Of a stretch of 64,000 nucleotides of DNA, positions 35,230 through 48,308 are shown in pieces. The DNA lies in NCBI RefSeq assembly GCF_963921235.1, contig NC_086097.1:129148001-129212000 (forward strand), given 5' to 3'. Origin of the DNA: Mobula hypostoma (Eukaryota). Made by a program: the position numbers and the translations under genes. Each line of letters begins with the position of its first letter. The first letter of the stretch is position 1. The notes under the pieces are model-generated. The model was not told the origin of the DNA. It made no database searches and saw only the letters and a program-made list of their open reading frames with translations.

Positions 35230-38200
35230 CATGTGGCCCCCTGAGGTGGAACACTATTACAATAATTGACTGGCTTCCTCACCCAGTCTGTCCTCCACCT
35301 GTCAAGCAGCGGAAGAACACTGTGCAATAGTCTGCATCAAACCAGTGTGTCCCTCAGCATGTACTCCTGCATCCTAGAATGTGCCAATCAGTAGCATTTC
35401 TCTACGGACATCTCAATGTGCTGGCAGACCAACAAGTTTCGGAGAGAGCAAAGGGCATCTTTCACTGAGTTGATGATCTTCTAGCAGCACTTGATGTCCA
35501 TGTCCAGGGACAACACGTAGTCCTCTGTCATGCATTTGCTTGGGACAAACCATGACATAGGTCCATGCATCTTTCTCCATACGCTCTTCGCAAACCCACA
35601 GCCAACAAAGGGGTGCACAACCATCATGACACCACGAGTTATCTTGGAGGTAGCGCGTGGTGGGAGTGATGTTCAGGGCATGCAGGAAGGATGTGACTAC
35701 CAACCAAACAAGATTTTGGTGCCTATTGCTGACATCTGGTGTTGAAGCATTCTACCAAATGATCTGGACAGTCTGCTCAAAGAACACCCCACGGTATACA
35801 TCAAGTCCTCTCCTCTAGAGTCTGCAGGACATTCTGTAATGACCACTGCCTGATGGACTTGTGGTCAATGGTGTTGGTCTGGAAGAACTTTTCCATGAAA
35901 GACAGGTAGTGCAGAAACGGATTGGAATTTTGCATGGCAACCAGTCAAGACCTGTCCTTCACAACACTGGGAACAGATAGAACCTCAGCACGTAGCGATG
36001 CATGGTGTCTACATAGTTAAGATTCTACACACCACCTGATCTAGCCACACACAAAAATAGTCATCAGATGAGGGTGATGTTGGGTACATTTCTGCCCCCA
36101 TTTTCCAGGGACTTGTGCATCGTGACCCATCTGAATTATTCCATGTTGGATTCCCAGATGAATGGTAAGATGGCCTCTAGGTGATTACCAAGCTGCCAAG
36201 TACAACCGCCCTGAGAGCACTTCACACCCAGTGACCAGGTTCTTCCTACTTATTGAGAACGAGCATCCTCCCCACAGTCCCGATTACTGTTTCACCTTCC
36301 CAATCTGCTCCAGCCAATTCTTGTTGCATACCATGGTTCTTCTGAACCAGATACCCAGAACCTTCAGGAAGTCAGACCTGACGACGAAAGGGACACTAAA
36401 TCTGTCCGGTCAGTTGCTGAAGAGCAGTTAACTTTGGCCCCTGAGGCCAATTCAAGCTGGTTGCAGATGCCGATCAGTCTGCAAACCAATCTCGGGCTTC
36501 GAGCTGTCCTTGTACAGGGAGGTTTTCATCTGGATGCCTCCACTTCCTGGCAGCATCACCCCTCTTACGTTGTCGTACTTCCAGGTGGCTTTGGCAACAC
36601 ACAAGCAGGACAGGGGAGAGTAGGCAATCCTGCCTGTCTCCAGATTCGATAGGAAAGTTGTGTGTTCCCCACCCACTGATTTGATATTTGCGTAGTTCAA
36701 TTGGATCCAATTCCTGATTCTGTTTTTGGAGAGCATGTTCATCATGTATGTGTGTGATATCCTGTCTGAGGTCTTCTCCTTGTCCAAAATGACCAGGCAG
36801 GCATCAACCCCTCTGTAATTCACATAAGCAATGGTATCTCTTGAGTAGTGTGAGGATGTCAAAGATCTTCCTGCCGGGTACAGCACCCATACTCTACCCA
36901 TCCCAGAGCAGACTTAACTCTGTTGCCAATGGCCTTGGACAGGATCTTGCATCCTACCTTCAACAGTGAGACGGCTATTCAATCCTGATATTTTCCCTTT
37001 CCCTGTTCTGCTTGTAGATGGGGGAAATAATACCCTTCCTCGAGAAAAAACATGCTACCAGCCAGAAGTACACTTCCAGCAGGTCAAGGCCCATCCAGTC
37101 CCACAAAGATGAGTATAACTCAGCCAGTAAGCCATCACTTCCAGTAGTTCTACTCAAGTTGAAGGAACAGATGGAGCTCCTCCAGGATAATTGGCTGATT
37201 CAGACTCTCCAGCATGATGTTGCCTAAGACCTCCCATGATAGAGGACAGGGAGCTCTGGGAGGCTGTGCTGTCTGTGGCCTTTCTGCCACACAGACTGGC
37301 ACTGGGCGCCACAGTAGCATAGCGATTAGCACGATGCTATTATAGGTCAGAGCATTCCAACACTGTCCTATAAGGAGTCTGTACGTTCTCCCTGTAGAAT
37401 ACGTAGGTTTTCCCCGGGTGTTCTGGCTTCCTCCCACAGTCCGAAGACATAGCAGGCAGGTTAGTTGGTCATTGTAAATTGTCCCATGATTAAGTTAGGG
37501 TTAATCACCTCGAAGGGCCAGAAAGGCCTACTCCACGCTGTATTGCTAAATAAAATTTCACGACATATGCCTGTGATATTAAGCCTGATTCTGAAAATAA
37601 AATAGATCCATCAATATGACCTATTTTAGATCCTAAGATGGAAAATGCAGATCCTCACTATGTCTGTCTACGAGGATGCTACTGAGCTGCCCTCCTCCGT
37701 AAGGCTGTGGATCAAAGAAAAACCACCTGTCAACCTTTTGGAAGAAGCATAAGCACATCTCATGCTGTTGCATGGTGCAGATGCTTGACTGGAAGATGAC
37801 CTTAGTGGATTCTGCAGAGAAGAGCTGGAAATTGCTGGCTCTTCACCACTTGCAACTCCTCCCTTACATCCACCCCTCTCAACTGCAGCTGAAGTTGCGG
37901 CAGCTCTGTCAGGAGTTTGCGCGGTTCCCTCTGACCCTTCCTTGCTGTTCGAACCTTTTTGTGGATGAGAAACCTCTTAATGGTCTCCTTGGTCACTTCC
38001 CACCAGTGAACGTGGGAGTCAAAGAGGGCTTTCGGGGTTCTCCAACCTGCATACTCCCTTGTTAATTCCTCAGTGTTCTCTGGGGTCAGCAGCTTGGGGT
38101 TCAGCTTCCGAGTCGCCCACCTGCCTTCTGGTCCTCCTGTAGGCGACAGGAGGCACGGATGAGGCAGTGGGCAGAGAGGAATACCAGCGTGACGTCAGTG

Positions 38201-38560
38201 CATCTGACCGCGACGGGCTCCAACGTGTAAAGGAAGTCGATCCAGGGCCGGGCTGAGGCGTCCGATCATGACCAGGTGGGTTGCGGCTTAGCTCCGCCTG
38301 TAAGGCTGCTGAAGCCATTGTGCGACTTGGCGACCTTAACCATTTCCATCAGGAACCTGGAGAAGCTCTCCAGTCGGTTGCTTGTCGCTGCTGGATTGTC
38401 CAGCCACATCGACGATGCAGCTGAAGTCACCAGCCAGAATGAAGCTGCACTTCATGTCAATACTTTCCATGGTGGGGAGTGTATGTCACTGATGCATCAG
38501 ACTGAGAGCACAGCTACCCCTTGCAGCCTTTCACAGTGAATGGCGGCGCTGGCTCGAAGG
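35230..38560 (-). mobile_element. Decayed Tx1/L1-clade LINE ORF2, interrupted by a V-SINE at about 37305-37595
   Basis: GSDGLLAELY, LDKEKTSDRISH (cf. LDQEKAFDRVSH) and RQDCLLSP (cf. RQGCPLSP) motifs. Confidence 0.85.
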
Positions 38561-41500
38561 GCCGAATGGCCTACTCCTGCACCTATTGTCTATTATCTAT
38601 TCCTGCACATTCAAAGTGGCATAACAGACGAAGATGCAACCAGTCAGGATACTTTCAACGCTACGTCTGTAGAAGTTTACTACAGCTTGACATCGAAAGC
38701 AGAAGGCTGCAACGTGCCAAGATGGAAGATCAGGAGCTGTTCTTAGGGTTTTTGTTCTATCTTCCATTTAATTTAGCTCAGTCTTAACCTACAACAAGCA
38801 AAATATTTGTTCATTGAGTTGCACAGCCCCCTTGGCCAAACTCATCTATGCTGACCACCATCCCCATCTAAACCAGTCCCATTTGCTGTATTTTGCCCAT
38901 ATCCCTCTAAACATTTCCTATCCATGTCCCTATCCAAACGTCTTTTAAATGTTGTTACTGTATCTTGCCTCTGGCAGCTCATTCCATATAAACTCCGTCC
39001 TCTGCGTTATGTCACCCTTCAGATCATTTAAAATCTTTCCCCTCTCATTTTAAGGCTATTCCCTCTAGGTTTTGATTCCCTTTCCCAGGGTAAAAGACCC
39101 TCTCTATGCCCCTCACGATTTTACACACCTCGGAAGGACACTGCTTGGTCTCCTGCATTCCAAGGATAGGAGCGTCTCCTAATGCTCGTTCAATGAAAAA
39201 CTTAAACATTGCAGCTCATGTAAAAAGGAATGGGGGGCTTCGAGCATCTCAATGAATACACATGCTGGATTACTTAAAATAAACATCACTTCTGAATACG
39301 GTCAATTATAAAACTTCTGTCAAACACTTTCTTGACTAAATGAAGCACATTAAACTCTTGCCAAAACCTACTGTAAGATGATTCAGATCAACTTAAAATC
39401 CACACTGAAATCAGTTGTAATGCATTTGCAAATGAACTCCAACTGGGAGATAGCATCAGTGCCTATTTTAATTCTTTTAAAATCGTCAAGGTGACCAGAA
39501 ATTTTTGTCAAGGCATGGTATCATCTGAATAGTTGGACTACCTTTGTTCAATCCCCTTGAAACTTTTTTTAAGCCATGACAGCAGAACATTTGCAATGTT
39601 TGATCACGGGGCACTGAGACCACCGACACAGAACAGTACAGCACAGGAACAAATCCTTCAGCCCACGATGACAAAGCCAAACACAATGCCAGTCCAAACC
39701 AGATCATTTTTGCCTGCACATTATCCATCTCTCTCCATTTCCTGCTCATCTATGTCCCAACTATTTGTCTCTCAAATGCCACTATCACATCTGCTTCCCA
39801 CCACATCCCTGGCACCCCATTCCAGGCCTCAACCACTCTCTTTCCTTTTAAAAACCTCATGCCTTTAAAAAAAAAATACTCTCCCACATTCAATGCATGT
39901 TCTCTAGGATTTAACATTTCAACTCTAGGAAAAAGAAAGAAAGAAAAATTAGCTTTATTTATCACATGTACACTGAAATGCTTCATTTTGTGTCAAATAA
40001 AATCAGCGAGGATTCTGCTGGATAGCCCACACTTGGCACCGTGCTTCCAGCATCAACACAGCATGCCCACAACTCACTAACCCTAACCCACATATTTTTG
40101 GGATGTGGGAGGAAACCGGAGCACCTGGAGGAAACCCACACAGTCACAAGGAGAACATACAAACTCCCTACAGGTAACATTGGAACTGAATCCTGATCTT
40201 GCAGCTGGTGCTGCAGAACGATGCGCTAACTACTATGCTACCATGCCGCTCTAGATTTTGACTGTGCACCATATCCATGCTCTCATAACTTTATAAACCT
40301 CCATCATGTCTGCTCTCAGCCCCTGACACTCCAGAGTAAATAACCTCTGTCCAACCTCTCCTTACAGCTCATACCCTCTAATCCAGGAAAAAGCTTACTG
40401 TCCGTCTCTAATTACCATCAAACTGAGCAGATATTGGGGCATTTCATTGGACAGTTTAGCACCAACTACTTTGGTGAAGTGCTGGAGTCACATATTAGGT
40501 AAAGGTTGCTAATTTCTTCTTCTGAAATATGCAAGTGAAGAAAATGGGTCTTTATCTCAATTCAATATTTCCTGGTCTCCAGTACTTTATCAGCTATTTT
40601 TTCATTAACTTACAATCAGTGATGTAATAAAATATTTGCATTTCTTAAAAAGAGTAGAAAATTGTTTATTTAACTGGGTTATTAATGGCACCAGTGCAAA
40701 GCCTCAAACAGAATGACAAATGCGGGAACAAAAACTGAGTAGACCAAGAAACACATCATTACAGCAGTTATGCACAATATGGTATAATTTACTTCCGAGA
40801 TCAATGTACCGGAGCTATTAACAAAACTTCACATCAAGTCTGTCAATGTTAGGCACATGGCAATTTCGAGGGAAGAGCATGGCACTGTTACTCCAAAATG
40901 ACAGATTTACTTTGAACAATATGCATGGATCACTGTTACAGATAATATTAGATCTTCCATATCACCTCTGAAGGATATATTTTGCTACTTTATACTCATT
41001 TTTTCTTTGAAAGAAGTGTGCCCCTTTATATTATTCCACTGCAACAGCAAGCACATGATTTGGAACTGACAGCTGTGATGAACATTACACATATCTTCAA
41101 GAAAGCATGTCATCTTGACTACTTGGGCAACGAGAGTGTAAAACTGTGACAAATTTAATAGGCTACGCTCTCTGTTCTTAAAAGAGACTATTCTATAAAG
41201 GGGAGAGATGTCACACAAGCATACTGTAAAATGATTGGCATGATTTGGTCATTAATGATTGTGCTGTGTTTTGTTCGAGCCACCAAAACAAATGCAACAT
41301 TTATAGAAGAAATTACAGGGTTCCCTTCTCTAAAAAAAATCATTTGCAAGATAGGCTCCTTATCCGAAGATTTACTTGGGCCATCAAAAAACCTGTCAAC
41401 GTACAGCATATTTTTCTTTAGAAGCTGTAAGCTTGTTTAATCCAATGATTGCACTTTTTAGTACTCAGAGGTGAACATTTTGGCAAAATAATTAAGGGAT

Positions 41501-41898
41501 TTAGCCTGAAAATAAAAGGAAAACTGAGGTAAGCTCTGTGATTAAGGTCCTTTGAAAAGGTGTGTGAAGTTACATACAGGCATTTAAAGGGTGCCCACTT
41601 TCATTACCTTATTCACAGTCCCTTTTAAAAGAATTAGCTTAAGTAGGTAAAGAGAAGACACTCAAGATCAACTATTCCAGTGGAGCTTTTTCTCCAGGTT
41701 TGCATGTTAAATACATCCCTAGTTCCAAATGGATTTGCTATCTTTTTTTCTTTCTTTGCCTTTCACAGAACGATTTCGAAAGAACGTGCTCCAGCACGCA
41801 AAGTTGGAATGTAAGGTTTAGACACCGGAATGTGAGGTTTAGACCGAGAACAAAACTGCTGTCAGTCACTTTGAGGTTAATCAAGGCTGAAACCTCAC

Positions 41899-42075
41899 CT
41901 CTCGCTTGATCATAGGTTCGAAGCAGGAGTTTTTGTTGGTGAGCTGCAAGGGTACTATCATGTCTGTCATGTCTAATTTCTTTTTCTGCTGAATTATGAT
42001 ATGCTGAAAGATTTCTCATACTGATGTTAAAAGCAGGATTTTCAATGCCGTCTGCTCCAGATCTGATGTCTTTTA
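41899..42075 (-). CDS. OFCC1: OFCC1 coding exon, 177 nt, (V)KDIRSGADGIENPAFNIS...STLAAHQQKLLLRTYDQAR(G), contains the NPxF motif
   Basis: Acceptor cttcctgtttttttgacggttgcag|, donor AGAG|gtgag, phase 1 to 1. Lies inside ORF 41738..42142. Confidence 0.95.
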
Positions 42076-42395
42076 CTGCAACCGTCAAAAAAACAGGAAG
42101 GTCAGGATTGCACGACACACAAGAAATACATGCATATGACAACCAGAGAAAATTTTCCCCGTAATTCCTTTAACATTCCTTTATCAAATATGCAGACAAA
42201 CACATCATTCTCGAATGGCACCAAAACACAATTAGGTTAAAATTAAATCTGAAGCTTAAAAAAATAAATGATTAAAATAATTACAAACTGTGCCCTGACA
42301 TGCAAGAAGAAAATTTAGCCTACAGCCATTTGTCTGTAATTAGTTAATTAATCCTTACACAAATTATGAGCAATAACTCATCAAGCAAAGCTCAC

Positions 42396-42462
42396 CCATC
42401 AGAAATTCAGCCGACTTTGATTTCTTCTGCTCAGTTTGCTTTCGAGGCTTGTGCTGGAACTT
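42396..42462 (-). CDS. OFCC1: OFCC1 coding exon, 67 nt, KFQHKPRKQTEQKKSKSAEFLM(V)
   Basis: Acceptor tttcccccaag|AAG, donor ATGG|gtgag, phase 0 to 1. KKSKSAEFLMV matches the OFCC1 N-terminus. Confidence 0.92.
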
Positions 42463-44319
42463 CTTGGGGGAAATTGTTAAATGAATAAATTAGCTCCAGA
42501 ATGAAGATCATCATTTATGATCCACAACTAACATTGCATTTTAAATACAGGACAACAAGGAAATGTCACTTAATTTACATCTCTGCTGAAGGGTCACACA
42601 GTAATTGAACAACAGGAATGGAAAACTCATTGCAGAAATAGCCCCAATAATTAAATCCTTAAAACTGAATATACAATGAAGGTCAACAGCTTTAGATTTC
42701 TTCATTTGGTTTTTTTTAGATATATAAATGTCAGAGGTCCGAAATTTAAACATCCGCAAATGTTTCTAACTGTATTCCTAAATCAGATTTTAGTTGACGG
42801 CTCCAAGGTTTCCAATTTGTTTTGAATCTATTTTATTACAATACAGCACAAAGTAGGCCCTTTCAAACCTTTGAGCAATGCTGCCCCAGCAACCCATGAC
42901 AAACCCAATAAACCCTCACCTAATCACGGGACAATTTACAATGACCAATTAACCTAACCGGTACATCTTTGTACTGTGGGAGGAAACCAGTGCACCTGGA
43001 AAAACCCTTGCATTCCACAAAGAGGACGTACAGAGACTCCTTATTATAATGGCACCAGAATTGAACTCCGAAAACTGGAACGTCCCAAGCTGTAATAGTG
43101 TCATGCTAACCGCTACCCAACCATGGCACGCTAAAATTTGTAAGTAACCAATACTTCAATCGGGCTACTGATCATTACAGATCAAGATTCATTGGAAAAG
43201 CCCTGAATGTCTTTGCAAATTCCACTATTTCCTTCAGAAACCACTCCACAGTTACATCTGTGACTCCTTCCTTCTACATGAAAATAAATTCCAAAAATGT
43301 ACAGTTTCTAACCTGATTGTATTCTTCATTTCAAGCCTTCCGACCAATTAACAATATCACTTCCTATACTCAGAAACGTTGAGTCAACATACAGATGTAC
43401 AGAAACTGGGTAGCATATGAGCCAAGCCCCAGATGCCAGTGATGGTTGTCCAAACGTTAATGCTTGAGATCCTTCAATAAATTCAATGCATGAGGTTCTA
43501 ATTTTCTTGCCAATGTCTTGTGTTGGAAAGCTATCTGTAAACCATAGAGAAGCAGCTTTCTACGGACATGGCCCGTGATGCTGCTTACTGATAGTTTGGG
43601 ATCACTAACCTTGAGCCAGAACACATGAATGAGTTATCCACCTTGGCAGAGGATGGAAAACTAGAGTTCCAATAGATATATAAATATTTAATGCAAACAT
43701 TCATTGATAGCTAACGTTTATCATTGCTTCTAAAATCTGCGAGCATTCTTTGATGGCCAACAAAGCCACTGCAGAGGTGGTCCATTCAAGACCTTTCGAT
43801 TGTACACTGCTCACAAGGATGGACCCTGCATGGTGCAGGATCTCACCGAGGCGAACTGGCAAGCTTTACTGGCGAAAGACTTTGGTGCACGGAAGTACAA
43901 CAGCAAAGCAGATGCAGCTAGAACCAGGTATCTAATTACACTTTCTGAGACCATCTCTCCAATTGCTATTTTCTAACTAGTGCGTTGAGACTTACAAGAC
44001 AACTGCAAGACCTAAGGGCCTGATTTCCAGGTAGGATTTAGGCAGGTTAGAACTTTATTCCTTGGACTGCAGGAGACTGAGGGTTGACCTTACAGAGTGT
44101 ATAAACTCATGAGGGCATAGAGAGGGAGAAGTAAATCTTTTTATCCTAGAGAAAGGGAACCAAAAGCTAAAGGGCAAAAGTTTAAGGTGAAAGAGAAAAG
44201 ATTTTAAAGGGATCCGAGGGGCAATTTCTTCAATGAAATGAGCTGCCTGAGGAATATGGAACAAGCTGCTAGAGGAAGCAGTTGAGGCAGGCACAATAAC
44301 AACATTTGGAAGATGTGCT

Positions 44320-47300
44320 TTTTATTCACTAGAGCATGGTATCCAAACCATCACCCCTGCAAAAATAATCAACAAGCTTCAAGACCTTGGCCTCATTACC
44401 TCCTTGTGCAATTGGACCCTCCATTTCCTTACTTGCAGACCCCTGTCGGTTTGGATTGGCAACAGCATCTCCTCCACAACCTCCATCAGCACAGGCATAC
44501 CACAAGGCTGTGCGCTTAGCCCCCTGCTCTACTTGCTAATACCATAGTTAAGTTGACTGATTACACCACTACTTTGGCCAAACTAAAGGGGTTAACTAAT
44601 CAGCATATAGGAGGGAGATTGAAAATCTGGCTAAGTGGTGCCACAACAGCTTCTTACCCAATGTCAGCAAGTTCAAGGAGCCGATTATTGACTTCAGGAG
44701 GAGGAAACCAAAGGTGCATAAGCCAGTCCTAATCAGGAGATGAGGGGTGGAGAGGGACAGCAACTTTAAATTCCTCAGTGTTATCATTTCAGAGGACCTA
44801 TCCTGGGCCCAGCATGTAAATGCAATTATGAAGAAAGTACAGCAGCACCTCTACTTCCTTAGGAGTTTGTGAAGATTCAGCATGACATCTAAACCCTTGA
44901 CAAACTTCTACAGATGTATAGCAGAGAATATATTGACTGGCTGCAGCACATCCTGAAAACACCAATGTCCTTGAACAGAAAATCCTACAGAAAGTAGTGG
45001 ATACAGCCCAGCTCACCATGGGTAAATCCTTACCCACTATTGAGCACACCTACACAGAGCACTGTCATAGGAAAGCAGCATCCATCATCAGAGACCCCCA
45101 CCACCCAGGTAATGCCCTCTTCTCACTGCTGCAATCACAAAGAAGACACAGACCACCAGACTCACACCACCAGATTCAGTAACAGTTATTACCCCTCAAC
45201 CATCAGGCTCCTGAACCACAGGGGATAACTTCACTCAACTTCACTTGCTCCAACACTGAACTGTTTCCACAACCTTTTAAGGACTCTTCATAAGACCAAA
45301 AGTCATAGGAGCAGAATTAGGCCATTCAGCCCATCAACGCTGCTCTGCCATGCCATCATGGCTGATCCCGGATCCCATTCAACCCCATATACTTGCCTTC
45401 TTGCCATATCCTTTGATGCACCAACCGATCAGGAAACGATCAACTTCCGCCTTAAATATACCCACGGATTTGGCCTCCACCGCAGTCTGTGGCAGAGTAT
45501 TCCACAGATTTACAACTCTCTGGTGAAAAAAATTTCTCCTTACCTCTGTTCTAAAAGGTCCCCCCTCAATTTTGAGGCTGTGCCCTCCAGGTCTGGATAC
45601 CCCCATCACAGGAAACATCCTCCCCACGTCCACCTATCTAGTCCTTTCAACAGTAGGCAAGTTTCAATGAGATCCTCCCACAGTCTTCTAAATTCCAGTG
45701 AGTTCAGGCCCAAAGCTGCCAAACACTCCTCACATATTATCCTCCTCATTCCTGGAATCATCATGAACCTCCTCTGGATTCTCTCCAATGACAACATATC
45801 CTTTCTGAGATATGGGGCCCAAAATTGTGACAATACTCCAAGTGCAGCCTGTCTAGCATCTCACAAAGGCTCAGCATTACCTCCTTGCTTTTATATTCTA
45901 TACCCTTTGAAATAAATGCCAACATTACATTTACCTTCTTTACTACAGACTCAACCTGTAAATTAATCTTCTGGGAGTCTTGCACAAGGACTCCTAAGTC
46001 CCCCTGCACTGCTTATGTTTGAACCTTCTCCCCATTTAGATAACAGTCCGTACTATTGTTCCTTTTACCAAAATGCATTATTGTACATTTCCCAGCACTG
46101 TGTTCCATCTGCCACTTTTTGCCCATTCTTCCAATTTGTCTAAGTCTTACTCCAATTGCATTGCTTCCTCAGCATTACCTACCCCTCCAACTATCTTTGT
46201 ATCATCTGCAAACTTTGCCACAAAGCCATCAATTCCATTACCAAATCATTGACAAACAATGTGAAAAACAGCAGTCCCAATACTGACCCCTGAGGAACAC
46301 CACAAGTCACTGGCAGCCAACCAGAAAAGACCCCTTTATTCCCACTCACTGTCTTCTGACAGTCAGCCATTTCTCTGTCCACGTCAGTATCTTTCCTGTA
46401 ACGCCATAGGATTTTATCTTGTCAAGCAGCCTCACGTGAGGCACCTTATCAAACGCCTTCTGAAATCGAAGTGAGTGACATCCACTGCCTCTCCTTTGTC
46501 CACTCTACTTGTTACTTCCTTGATAAATTCTAACAGATTCGTCAGGCAAGATATCCCTTGACAGAAACCATACTGTCTTTGACTTATTTTAGCATTAGTC
46601 TCCAAGTACAGGTGACCCATCTACCGTAAGGCCTTTGAGTTTGCCTAGCACTTTTTCTTTTGTAATAGCAATGGCACTCACTCCTGCTTGCTGACACTCA
46701 CGGACCTCTGGCAAACTGCTAGTGTCTTCCACAGTGAAGGAATGGGTAAAGACTGATGCCAGGTATATATCATTCCCACGTTTTCTTTTACCCTTGCAGT
46801 TTCTAAATTCCACCCTCAGATTCAACATTCTTTGACCCTATGTCACCTCTTTCTAAAGATGTAATTCCATCTCTTACCAACACAGCCACACCACTGCATA
46901 AGACTTCTTGCCTGTCCTTTCAATACAAAGTATATCCTTTGATGTTAAGCTCCTAACTATGGCCTTTCTTTCAGCCACGACTCAGTGATGCCCACAACCT
47001 CATACCGATCAATCTCTAACTGCGCCACCATTCGTCCACCTTATTCCAAATGCTACACACATTTCAATACAGCACCTTTGATCCTGCATTCTTCACCCTT
47101 TTGAATCTTACCTCTGTGGTACAATTTAACACTGTGCTCTGTCTGCTTTTGTACCCAGTCATTGGCTTGTCCTTCCTTATATTCACTTACATCCACTATT
47201 TATTGTGAACTTGCTGGCTCATCCTCAGCTCTATCATACTGGTTCCCATACCCCTGCCATATTAGTTTAAACGAGACTCCCAACAGCTCTAGTAAATCTG

Positions 47301-48308
47301 CCCGCAAGAATAATGGTTCCACTCAGATTCAAGTGCAACCCGTCCCTTTTGTACAGGTCACACTTGCCCCAGAAGAGGTCCCAATTATCTAGAAATCTGA
47401 ATCCCTGCCCCTACTCCAGTTCTTCAGCCACGCATTTATCTGCCAGCTCATTTTATTCCCATCCTCACTGTCACGTGGCACAGGCAGCAATCCCAAGATT
47501 ACTACCATTGAGGTCCTGCTTCTCAGCATCCTTCCTAACTCCCTCTATTCTGCTTTCAGGACCTCCTCCCTTTTTCTACCCATGTCATTGGTACCAATAT
47601 GTACCATGACTTCTGGCTGGTCACCCTCCCTTTTCAGGATGTTGTGGAAACATCGCAGAAGCTGGTACGTGGGTGGCAAACTACCATCTGTGTTTCCTTT
47701 CCGCGTCCAAAGAATCGCCTATCTGTCCCCCTAACTATAGAGTCCCCTCTTACCACAGCTACCCTCTTCAGTTCCTTATGCTTCTCAGCCTACTTACCTT
47801 GCCTCTGCCTGTTCTCGCCAAAGCCCTATTGAGTCAAACCCTTACCAACCTGACTCAGACCAACAACAACCAACCCCATGCTAGACGGTACCCCTCTTTT
47901 ATGGAGACTAGGTTTTTAAAGTTCTTCACTGGACATGCGCAGGAACGCTTCTACTGCATCTGTGTGGTACTTCAATGAATGACTCCTGTCGAAAAAGCTT
48001 CCTGCTTTCTACCGTTCTTCGCTGGACTTGCACAGGAACACTTCTACTGCGCCTGCGCAGTACTCCAATCAATGTCCTTGATATCTATTGCTTATTTATT
48101 ATTACTGTTATTATTATCTCTTTTTATCTTTCTGTATTTGCACAGGTTGTTGTCTTTTGCACACTAGTTGTCCGCGCTGTTGATACGGTCTTTCACTGAT
48201 TCTATGATGGTTATTGGATTTATTGCCTATCCCTGCAAGACAATGAATCTCAGGGTTGTATATAGTGACGTATTTGTACTTTAATAGATTTACTTTGAAC
48301 TTTTGAAC
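44320..48308 (+). mobile_element. Rex1/Babar-like LINE split by a CR1 insertion
   Basis: PQGC.LSPLL codons at about 44500 and ASIIRDPHHPGNALFSLL. The 3' UTR resumes at about 48070 and ends in a (tttgaac)n tail. Confidence 0.85.
45290..48070 (-). mobile_element. Internally deleted CR1 LINE including a probable 5' UTR
   Basis: GVPQGSVLG, SCLTNLLEF and FFHQRVVNLWN motifs. The 5' end has a duplicated ~55-bp unit with TGCGCA motifs (about 47921-48070). Confidence 0.9.
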
